A DNA stretch of 64,000 bases from Callorhinchus milii. Taxonomy: Eukaryota. Under the pieces are notes generated by a model. The model was not told the DNA's origin. It made no database searches and worked only from the letters and a program-made list of their open reading frames with translations. A program made the translations under genes and the position numbers. This document shows, in pieces, positions 42,601 through 54,600 of this stretch; within the stretch, counting starts at the first letter, position 1; each line of letters opens with the position of its first letter. The stretch lies in the NCBI RefSeq assembly GCF_018977255.1, contig NW_024704742.1:106952001-107016000 (forward strand), given 5' to 3'.

Positions 42601-45600
42601 CAAGTAGTGTGATTTTAAAATTTGTTAATGGACGCAGAGAAGGATAGATTGAATTTTTCACTTATTACATTTTACAGTACCATCACTTCAAACAAATTTG
42701 AATTGGAGGCATCCTGTAACGCCAACTGTAGCTGCCTTCAATCATTCTACAACCCAATCTGTGGAGCTAATGGGGTCCAGTATTTTTCTGCATGTTATGG
42801 AGGCTGTACTCATTTAACAGAGCAGGTTGGTCCCTTTATCATACTAAATATGCTTTACAAAGTTGTGATCAGTGAATTCACCCAAATCAAATTGTTTCAC
42901 GGTGGCTTCAACATAAGGAATGGGCAGAAGTTATCTGCTTAGGAACCACACTTGCACATTGGAACAAAAAAAATCATGTCAAAGTGTTTGAAAAACAAGA
43001 AACACACAAAGGCTGATGTAGTGTGTATAGTTTCACACATAGTGTGATCTGTGCACTAGTGCAATAAAATTAATGTGCATTCCGTTCCAGACAAAGGGAA
43101 ATTCCCATGGTTAGTTGGCACTTCAGTTTGTTTTGAATACTCTTAAGCATGGTAATCAGTTACTGCATGTGTTACACATTTGGCTATCCAAAAAACAATG
43201 AACAGCATTGTAGTGGAGATGAAACTCCATGGACATGTTTGTATCTCACTATTGGCACTCCTGCCAATCACAAGCAACAACAAGATTTCATTTATAGAGC
43301 GCCTTTCATGTCGGGAGGACGTCCCAAGGCGCTGGACAGTTGGGTCAGGACCCGAGCAGGGGGGAAATGGTCAGGGTGAGGGGAGCAAAGGGAGGGAGCG
43401 AGGAGGGGGTGGAGAGTCGAGAGGGGAGCTGAAGGCACGGTCAAAGAGAAAGGTCTTGAGACCGGCCTTGAAGCAGGAAAGGGAGGAAGCGGCGAAGGCA
43501 CTGGGGGATGGAGTTCCAGAGCCTGGGGGCTGAGAGGCTGAAGGCCCGGCCACCGATGGTAGGGCGGTTGGGGCGGGGGATGTGGAGCAGACCAGAGGAA
43601 TGGAGGGTACGGGCAGGTAAGTAGGGGGATAGTAGGTCGGAGAGGTAGGAGGGAGCAAGGCATTGTAGGCGTTGTAGGTGAGGATGAGGATCTTGAATTC
43701 GATGCTCTGGGGGATGGGAAGCCAGTGGAGGCGAGCGAGGGTGGGAGTGATGTGGGAGGGACAAAATTCAAGTGTTAAGGATATTTGCAATTTGACTGTC
43801 TGCATCCCATTCGTGTCACATCTTTATCGAATGAATAAATTGCTTCAATAATCTCCTTCTCTTCCCAGCACTTTGTGTTAAGAGAATTTATAATGAAAGA
43901 CTCTGACTATTTTCCCCTGAGAGTGGAAAATGTGTGATCTCCTTTTCATTGATGACAAAATAAATAATGACAAAAATAATAATAAATCCAAAAATATATA
44001 TAATTACATAAAATACAATTGTGCTCACATGCATGAAAATAAACAAATATTGTGCTGGTGATTCTTTGGTTTTGCCCATTGTATTGCAGATTTATCAGAA
44101 CTGTTCTTGTATCCAGAATTTTAATCATACATTTGTGGCACATACAGGAAAATGCCCTTCTACATGCAAACAGATGCCCATAATTATGTGTTTTCTGTTG
44201 ATATACGTTATTTTTATTTTCATGAGCAGCATACCAGTCACCGTAAGTACTCTCAGGTAAGTCAGTTATTCAGCCTTAATTCAATAATTAAGGAGTCCTG
44301 TAGCTCAGTGGTTAGAGCTTTGCAAGCGAGAGACCTGAGTTCAATTCCAGGCAGAGCGAAACCTTGGGCAAGTTTCCTTACTCCACACAGAGCCTAATAA
44401 TAATCCCTCCAAAAAAAACAAAAAACAATAATAAAAAAAAAATTGGTCATTTTCAATCTACGACTGTTTGTGGGACATTGCTGTGCGCAATTGGCTGCCG
44501 CGTTCGCCCACAAATATACAGTCAATTCACAGTGTGTTCTGTGAAGCGCTTTGGGACGTCCTCCCGACGTGAAAAGCGCTATATCAAATGCAAGGATTAT
44601 TATTATTATTAATAATAATGTGTATTGATAATAAGATCAAAACTGTATTTATTCTGCAGGCAATTTATTCCGTCTTTGTCTTGAGCGGCTCCATTCAGCC
44701 ATGAGCGGCTATGGGGTGGAGATGGAAATAGTCAAATTGCGATTGATTGACATAGGAACATAGGAATTAGGAGCAAGAGTAGGCCGTTTGGTTCCTCGAA
44801 CCTGCCCTACCATTCAATAAGATCAAGACTGATCTTCTAACCTAACTCCATCTCCAATTTATCCCCATATCCCTTAATCCCTCTATCCTTTAGAAACCTA
44901 TCAATCTCAGTCTTGAATACGTTCAAGGACTGAGCATCTACAGCCTTCTGGGATAGAGCGTTCCATAAATTCACTACCCTCTGAGTGAAGAAGTATTTTC
45001 TCAACTCGAAAAGGCTGACCCTTAATCTTAAGACTATAACCCCTAGTTCTAGATTCTCCTCCAGGGGAAACAGTCTCACACTGTCTACTCTGTCAAGCCC
45101 CATAAGAATCTTATATGTTTCTATAAGATCACCCCTAATTTTTCTATATTCTAGAAAATATAGGCCTAGTTTACTCAACCTATCCTCATAGGTCAAATCC
45201 TCATCCAGGAACCAACCTAGTGAACCTATGCTGCATCCCCTCTTCCCCTCTAAGGCGAGTATATCCTTTCTTAAATAAGGAGACCAAAACTGCACACAAT
45301 ATTCTAGGTGCGGTCTCACCAAGGCCTTATACAGTTGCAGCAAGACTTCCCTACTCTTGTATTCTAACCCTTTTCCAATAAATGCCAACATGCCATTAGC
45401 CTTCCTAGTTGCTTGCTGTACCTGCATACTAACTTTTTGTGACTGGTGTACAAGGACACCCAAATCCCTCTGAACACTAACATTATCTAGTCTCTCACCC
45501 TCGAGAAAATAATCTGCTTTTCTGTTTTTACTACTAGGTAAATAACTTCACACTTCCCCATGTTATACTCCACTTGCCACCTTCTTGCCCACTCACCTAG

Positions 45601-48600
45601 CCTATCTATATCCCTTTGCAATCTTTTTGTGTCATCCTCAGAGTTTACTCTCCCACCTAGCTTTGTATCATCTACAAATTTAGATATTTTAAGTTCTATA
45701 TCCTTGTCTAGATAATTGATATAGATGGTAAATAGTTGAGGCCCAAGCACTGATCCTTATGGCACTCCACTAGTCACATCTTGCCAATCTGAGAAGGACC
45801 TGTTTATCCCTACTCTCTGTTTTCTTCCCGTTAGCCACTCTTCGATCCATGCTAATATATTGCCTTCATTTCCATGGGCCCTAATCTTGTGTAGCAGCCT
45901 TTTATGTGGCACCTTATCGAATGCCTTCTGAAAATCTAAATACACTACATCTACTGGTTCCCCCTATCTAACTTGCTAGTTACATCCTCAAAGAACTGTA
46001 AAAGATTTGTTAAGCATGACTTCCTTTTTGTAAAGCCATGTTGACTTTGCCTAATCATGTTATGGTCCTCTAAGTATCCCACTACGACATCCCAAATTAA
46101 GGATTTTAGAATTCTCCCTACCACCGATGTCAGACTGACTGGTCTATAGTTCCCTATCTTCTCTCTCCCACCCTTCTTAAATAGTAGTGTTATGTTTGCA
46201 ATGTTCCAATCAATGGGAACTGTTCCAGAATCCAGGGAATTTTGGAAGAACAAGACATCCACTATCTCAGCAGCCACTTCTTTTAAAACCCTAAGGCCAT
46301 CAGGTCCAGGGGATTTGTCATTTTTCAATCTCAACAATTTCACTAGTACTAATTCTTTACTGATGTTAATTCCCTAAGTTGCTCACTAACATTAGGTGCT
46401 TGGTTCCCCTCTATTTTTGGTAAGTTTTCAGTCTTCTAACATGAAGACAGAAACAAAGTATTTGTTTAATGACTATCATATCTTTATCCTCCATTATAAT
46501 TCCTCCTGTGTCTGCCTTTAATGGACTCACATTCACTTTTGGTAGTCTCTTCCTCTTCATGTATTTGTAAAACTGCTTGCAGTCTGTCTTTATGTTTCTA
46601 GTTAGTTTGCCCTCATAATCCATTTTCTCCCTCTTAATCAGTTCTTAGTTTTTCTTGAACAAAACACAAAATACTGCAGATGCTGGAAATCTGAAACAAA
46701 AACAGAGAGAGCTGGGAAAACTCAGTAGCTCAGGCAGCATCTGTGGAGAAAGGAAAGTGAGTCAATGTTTCAGGCCCACGACCCTTTGTCAGAACTGGGG
46801 CATGTTAGGAGGGAGAGGTTTTAAGGACAAGTTGACGTGTTAAAGTTCCCGACGTGAAAGGCGCTCTATAAATGGAATCTTGTTGTTGTTGTTGAGAGGG
46901 GGAGCCAGGTCAAGGATGACAAAGAAGACAAAAAAATACAAAGGAGAGAATGTGTTAGTTGATGGGTTAAAGAGGTGAGAGTGGCATAAAGCAAAAGGTG
47001 GGGCGTGGGTTGAAACATAACTGGGGAGAAGAGGTGTTAATAATGCAGAACAGGCAACACACCAGAGAGAGACAAAGAGTGTCTGGGATGATGATTATAA
47101 TGATAACAGAAGGTAACTCTTCTAGTAACAGAAAGAGATGGAGGTGGGAGGGTGAGCTGTTATGGTCTGAAGTGGCTGAAATCGATATTGAGGCCAGAGG
47201 GCTGTAGGGTCCCTAGCAGATAGATAAGATGCTGTTCTTCAAGCTTTCGCTGTGGATCATTGGAACAGTGTGGGAGACCATGGATGGAGAGGTCAGACTG
47301 TGAATGGGAGTGTGAATTAAAATGGCAGGAGACCCGAGATCAGGGTTGACCACAGAACGAAGGTGTTCTGTAAATCGGTCACCCAATTTGCACTCAGTCT
47401 CCCCAATATAAAGGAGACCATACTGTGAGCAGCAGATACAGTACTGTTACACTTCCTGTGCCAGCGCAGGAGATGTAATACCTGCCCTTTCACCTCCTCC
47501 CAGACCACTATCCAAGGTCCCAAACACAGCTTTCATGTAAGACAGCGCTTTACATGTACTACCACCAATGTAATATACTGTAAATTCTGTCTATCTCCCC
47601 CCACTTGTGTGGCCTCCTGTATAGAGGTGTTGGAGTCACTTTGTCCAAACTCCTCACAGGCTTCCTTGTCCACACAGGTTGCAAGTACCTCTTACCTGTT
47701 GGACAAGGTTAAAGCCTGGGGCTTCTCTACCACTCTCTCTGGGGTCCCCTTACCTGCCTAACTGTCAGTCACCCTGTCCTGTCCCTGACGAGTAACGTAA
47801 TCTGTACATTCCCTGAGTCTCAGGGGAGTGATTGTCTCTTGGATGAAACTATCCGGGAAGATCTCACTTTCCCTAATGCTGCGCAATGTCTGCACCTTAG
47901 ATTCCAGCTCAGCTACTCTGAGCTGGAGCTTTCTCATTTGCAGATACTTGCTGCAGATGAAATCGCCCGAGCTCAGGTTGCCCTCCATCAACGCCCATAT
48001 ACCATAGTCCTCGCACATTACCTGCCATGCCATTCTCTCCTCTCTCTCTCTCTCTCTCTCTGGATTTTAAGTTTTTTTAAAAGTTTTGTGTTAGTGTTTT
48101 TGTTAGTTCTACGTTTCCCTGGTTCAGTTGTTTAAATATGACATCACTTTGATGTCACTTGTCGTTTTTCTAAGCTCCCCCCGCCCCGCTTTGCCCCCGC
48201 CCCGCCCTGTCCCGGCTCCGCCCCCACTCTGTCCCGGCTCCGCCCCCGCTCTGTCCCGGCTCCGCCCCCGCTCTGTCCCGGCTCCGCTCCCCTGACGATG
48301 GACTCCAGCCATTCACAAGCGATTCTGGGACGTCAATCAGTGAGGGAGTGGAGGAATGGGGAAACAAGGGAGGGAATGGGAAGAGTCAAATCGTGGTGGA
48401 TTGACACCTGGAGCCATTTATGAATAGGTGGAGCCTAACTTCACAAGTGGCTTCAAGCTGTCAATCACCTCAGAGCTGCCTCTAATTGGTCCCCTTCCCG
48501 ATCAATGGGAACAGCAATGGGAGAGAGAAGGCACCACCGCTCCTCAACTGGACGGGAAGAGGTAAGAGAACTTTGGTTAGCCTCGGACGCTACTTAAGAT

Positions 48601-51600
48601 GGACAAAATGGCCACTCCCGATGTGTTCGTCTTAAGCATCTTCCACTGTAATTGCACAGTATCAGTTCAGTTTTCAATTGAAAGGTGTATTGGAGCACTA
48701 TGGGTTTCTCATACTGTATTTATCTCTGGAACCTGGGTTTGAATCTAAGCTGGACTGAGTAATAATAATAATCCTTGCATTTGATATAACGCTTTTCATG
48801 TCTTCTCGATGTCTCAAAGTGCTTTACAGAATAGACAAAGTGAATTGACCGTATATTTGTGGGTGAAATGCGGCAGCCAATTGCGCACAGCAGTGTCCCA
48901 CAAACCATCGTGGATTGAAAATGACTAATTTGTTATTGTTTTTGGTTTTTGGAGGGATTATTATTAGGCTTGTGGAGTAAGGAAACTTGCCCAAGGTTTT
49001 GCCCTGTGTACACAGAGAGTTTCAAAGGAAATCTTAGTGAAACCATGATGCAGCTTTTTTTAATTGTTTTTATAAACTTTTTATGATGAGTGTCCAGCAC
49101 TGTTCATAGCTATAGTCAAACCAAGGATTGTAGATGGACATATAAGAAAATGAATTACTGGACCTGTAAAACCTAAGTGAATATGAATGACTTCATTGAG
49201 TGGATTGGAGATCAGATTTCTCTGAAGTAAAGAGAATCCCACTTGTGTTAGAACTGTTGGCATAATGAAGCTCTGGACTTTCACCCTGAAATTACACTCT
49301 TAACCTGTCCAAGGACTAATGAATTATGGCTTCACAATGACCTATGCCTGTGAGTTACTGATCTCAGCTATCTTGTTAAAACCAGTACAACATAAAGAAA
49401 CAAATTAACTAAGCCTGTTCTTGGCAGATAGCCAATGGAGCTCCCTATTTGCAATAAGTTAAGAACATAAGAATTAGGAGCAGGAGTAGGCCATTCGGCC
49501 CCTCGAGCCTGCCCTGCCATTTGATAAGATCATGGCTGATCTTCAGAACTAACTCTAATTACCTGCCCTATCCCCATATCCCCTAATCCCTCCATTTTTT
49601 AAAAAATCTATCAGTCTCAGTCTTGAAGATGTTCAAGGACTGAGCATCTAGCCTTCTGGGGTAGTGAATTCCATAAATAGAATTCCATAAGAGTGTAATT
49701 CCATAAATTCACTACCCTCTGAGTGTAGAAATGTTTCCTCAACTCTGTTCTAAAAGGCTGACCGTTAATTTTAAGACTGTGACCCCTGGTTATAGATTCT
49801 CCTACCAGGGGAAACAGACCCTCAGTGTCTACTTTATCCAGCCCTTTAAGAATCTTATATATTTCAATAAGATCCCCCTAATTCTTCTGTACTCTAGAGA
49901 ATATAGCCCTAGTTTATTCAGCCTATCCTCATAGGTCAGTCCCCTCATCCCAGGAACTAACCTAGTGAATCTACGCTGCACCCCCTCTAGGGCAAGTATG
50001 TCCTTTTTTAAATAAGGAGACCAAATACTCTAGATGCGGTCTCACCAAGGCCCTATACAGTTGCAGCAAGACTTCCCTACTCTTGTACTCTAAACCTTTT
50101 GCAATGAGCGCTAACATGCCGTTCACCTTCTTAGTTGCTTGCTGCACCTGCAAACTAACTTTTTGAGACTGGTGTAATTAAGTGAATGTAATTCAAGCTT
50201 GTTTTATGTCCACCACCTATTAGTTAGTTATGGATTGCCGCTGGAATCTGTTCTGCCTGGCTGCTCAATAAGGAAAGGGAATTAAATTCAATGGAAGCCG
50301 CTAAATCCGAATGCCAGTTAACCTTGGACGTCGGGTAAATCGGACAAAATGCCCGGTCCCGATTCATTTGCATTGTCGCCTCTTTTAAAATTCGGTTAAT
50401 TTGGACAAAATCTGGTTAATCCAGACAGAACACCCCATTGGTCACCTCTCCATCGACTCACTCTGTGTCTTGAGTGCGCCATTCAGCCTCAAGTGGCTCT
50501 GGGATGCAGATGGGAGAATCAAATTGCGATTGATTGACAACGGACTCCAGCCTTTCACAAATGGTTCTGGGCCGCCAACCAGTAAGGAGGCGGAGTAATG
50601 GGGAAGAAACAAGGGATGGAATAGGAGAAGTCAAATCATGATTGATTGACACCTGGAACAGCCTGTGAATGGCTGGAGTGGCCGTCCATTCACAAGGGGC
50701 TTCAAGCTGTCAATTGCCTTGGAATCACTGCTGATTAGTCCCCTCCCGTCCAATGTGAATAACAATTAGAGAGGGGGGGGGGGGCGCCGCTCCTCTGCTG
50801 GACAGGAAGAGGTAATGGAACCTCGGTTAACCTTGTACGCCAATTAAGCCGGACAAAATGGCTGCTCTATATATGTGTGTATATTTAAAAATGGACAGCT
50901 TGTTCTGACCAATATTTTAAGCACTCCGATATGCTACCCTGCATGAAGGCTGCAAGTTGTTGTACTGAGAGACAATGCAGACTCAAATGGTTTCCCTCTG
51001 CTCTGTAAAATTCTATGATGTTATGATTTAGCAATTATGGAAATGTGCGTTTGTAAGGGGATTATTCATTATACAGGACAATCTTGTTATAATATAATAC
51101 AATATAAATGTATATTTGTATAGCACCTTTCACATCGAGAAGAAATGCCAAAGCGCTAAACAGTACCGGTAACCCCTCCCAATACAGTGTTACATAACAT
51201 AAGAATATAAGAAATGCTAGACCAATAAAGACCAAGATCTGTTTAGTTCATATTCCACCTTCCTGGCGGTCACATGACATATGTCCCAAGCAACCTATGT
51301 ACTATATCCCATAATGTTATTTACTGAAATAAAATGATCTAATCTGTTTGAAAGAATCAACACTTCCTGCTTCAATCATTTCCCCAGGGAGTCTGTTCAA
51401 CCAGTTCACTATTCGCTCACTAAAATAGTGTTTGGGTAGATTTGTTCTTAATTTATCCCCCTTCAATCGTGTGCTCTGGTTTTACTATTCTGGACAAGTT
51501 GAAATAGCCTGTCATGATCTATATTGTCTAGCCCCTTTAGAATCTGTTGCTTTGCTTATAGCACCCATCACCAGATAAGTGATTGGTGATGTACTAGGGC

Positions 51601-54600
51601 TGGTTGGGATTTTATGGATCAAACCTATCACCTCATAACAGGATTCCAGTGTATTATCTAAGTTGACTAAATCTTGACCACAATTTGCTTTTCTTTCAGG
51701 TGTGTGCCCGATAGCCAACGCTCATTTTCATTGGGTGTTCAGTGGGTCTTTGTACGGTTATTAGGTGAGGAGCAACTTGGGGCATCTTTGTTTTTTTATT
51801 AAAGAAATTCATACAAAATAGATTAAAAAAAAGACTGCTTAAAGTCTCATTTGCAAAGAGAGGATCTGCTAGGCCACAGAGTGATCTTGCGTTCATAGAA
51901 GCAACTGCACAACTCTCATTTGCATGGCATTGATATCAGGATGTGGGGTCGATTCTAAAGACCTGGATAGTGTAGTGGATGAGCACTGTCCAATATTCAA
52001 ACTTTGGTCTTAAGGTGCTTCAAACCAAGAAAGGCCATGAACTGGAAGTGCAAGGCTTGGTTACATGGACTTGACTATGAAGAACAGTGCCTGTGTGGGG
52101 GTGGGGTTCCTGCTGTGTGTGTGTGTCTATGTGTTAAATATTGAATACGCTGCTGAATTATTCTTTGTCTCTTGTGGGCTTTATTGACCCATCAAATTGG
52201 TCTCCCTCTGCTACTCTTCTTTCATTCAGTTGTTACTAGCACATTGTGCGCAGGCGCAATATCTGATTGAACATTGAAACCACAGGTCCCCGTATAAATT
52301 TTCCAACCTTCCTTGTTCTCTCCCCAACCATCAGGATCAATTGGGAGAGATATTCATTATTGTTGCAGCTGGCACAAGCTCTGCGGGTTGCCACACCAAC
52401 AAACATACAGAAAAAAATGCTTGGATAGTGTTCCTTTTATCCTTCTGCAAAGCTTGTTAAATAATTCAGAATAACATTTTGGGCTGGTTGTCCCTGTATG
52501 ATGTTTCAATTCGATGGCAAAGCATTATTGCAATGGTAAACAATTGATTTTTGTGTCAATGTATAGTGCGACTTGACAACTTTCCCATTGTTGTTCTAAC
52601 ATGCATGTTATTTATTGGCTGGTAGGCTCCATTCCAGGACCAGTTCTCTTTGGTGCAGTGATTGATAAATCTTGTATCCTTTGGAATGAGGACGATTCTG
52701 GGATTAAGGGCGCATGCTGGGTATATAACAACGCACGCATGGTCCACCTGCTGGTAGCGATCAGTAAGTTTAACTCTTATCAATTTTGCACAATTGGATG
52801 CTGCATTTTGCCCACAAAATACTCAGTCAATCCACTTTACAGTATTTTCTGTGAAGCGCTTTGAGACGTTTCAACGATGTGATAAGGCGCTATATCAAAT
52901 GCAAGGACTATTATTTTTATCCAAACTAATGATAGTCTTAATAAGGAGAATAGCACTCCTCATGGCTCAATGAATAAAATAATTCACTGGGTTACATAGA
53001 CAAGAAAGAGAAAAATGAGGGGGAAAAAGCATGCTCACCTATAGCTGATCACCTGGCAGTAACTCCTACTGTCTTTCTGCGATAGAGGAGAGGACAAACT
53101 TGCTCTGATGATCCCAATATCTAATAGCCTGCCAACGCTTACACATAAACATTGGCGACTTGGACAAAATGTAGGAGGATCCTGGGCAGTGACATTTCTC
53201 ATGTGTTTAAGCTAAGACCATTATCTTAAAATTAAAGATTGTGAGAAATTGTAGAAAATAGCCTTAAATTTGGAAGTCAATTTTCTATAATGCCTTTCAT
53301 GTCGGGAGGATGTTCCAAGGCATTGGACAGTGAGGGATTTGGACCTGAGAGGGGGGCTTTGGGGTAAGGGAGGGTGGAGGTTAGGGAGGGTAGCAGAGTA
53401 GCCAAAGATGCAATCGAAGAGGAGGGTCTTGAGACGTGCCTTGAAGGATGTAAAGGAGGGAGCAAGGCAAAGGGAATGTGAGATAGTTTCAAAGGATGGG
53501 GACAGAGAGGCTGAAGGCCCGACCCCCCATGGTGGAACGGGCAAGACGGGAGATATGAAGCAGGCTGGAGCTTGCCGAGCGGAGGGAGTGGACAGGTTGA
53601 CATGTGGTTAGCAGATCATAGAGGTAGGAAGAAGCAAGGCCGTGGAGCACCTTGAAGGTGAGGACAAGGATTTTGAATTCTATCCTCTCAGGAATAGAAA
53701 GCCAGTGAAGCTAGGCAATGTTGGGGGTAATAGAGTGACGGAGCCTGGTGCGGGAGAGGATACGAGCTGCAGAGGTCTGGATGATCTGCAGCTTGTGGAG
53801 GGAAGAGTTAGGAATGTCAATAAGCAGGGAATTGGCGTAGTCAAGCCTGGATGTAATAAATGCGTGGATGAGGGTTTCGGCAGCCTGAGTGGTGAGGCAG
53901 TGGTGGAGTCGGGCGATATTGCAGAGGTGGGGAAAGGCAGAGCGGATCATGGCACGGATGTGGGGTAGAAAGGACAGTTGAGGGTCAAACAAGAAGCCAA
54001 AGTTTCGGACTGGCTCATTGAGGTAGTGTGTGCATCCATGGATAGTGATGCTGTCAGTGCCTGAGGTGTGGATGCGCTGACGCGAGCAATCAGGAGAGCC
54101 TCGGTCTTGTTGACGTTCAACTGGAGAAAATTAACTCTCATCCAGGATTTGATGTCTGACAGACTTTCTGTCAGGACAGCAGTGGTCCTGGAGTCGAGAG
54201 TAGAGCAGAGAGAGAAATGGATGTCATCCGCATACATGTGGAAGGTGACCCCATGTCCGTGAATTATGTCACCAAGTGGGAGCATGTATATGTTCATATT
54301 TGTATAGTGACTTTCACATCGGAAGGATGTCCCATTGACCAAGATCCAGCATGAGTCTACAAAAGAGAAGGGGAAACCTGGAAAAAGTCTGAAGGTTGTT
54401 GCATAAAAGTTGAATTGCTTTTGTTCAATTCTTTTATGCCATTAGTTAAGACTGGTATGATTTTGTCATACCTTTTTTTAAAAAAAAAAGCACTTAATGG
54501 GTAAGGAAGAAGGGAGGTGGGCGAAGGCACAGTCAACAAGGTTGGTTTTTAGATGAAGGGAGCGAGATGGAGGGATTTAAGAAGAGAGTTCCAGAGACTA

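Larger units (their letters stand above)
44752..48292 (-). mobile_element. CR1 LINE with both termini: 5' UTR, ORF1 N-terminus (47590-48033), RT to 3' end (44752-46650); middle replaced by a Penelope-like fragment
   Basis: [40 protein letters not shown] motifs; ORF1 zinc-finger/leucine-zipper-like region; (TTCCTATG)n tail; TSD TGAC. Confidence 0.92.

Noticed and set aside
48207..48290. Regular short repeats as a CRISPR-like array
   Set aside because: Head-to-tail units without spacers, in eukaryotic DNA with no cas genes.
52245..52270. Isolated NRF1-like motif TGCGCAGGCGCA in intron 11
   Set aside because: Single motif without CpG-rich context; could be chance.
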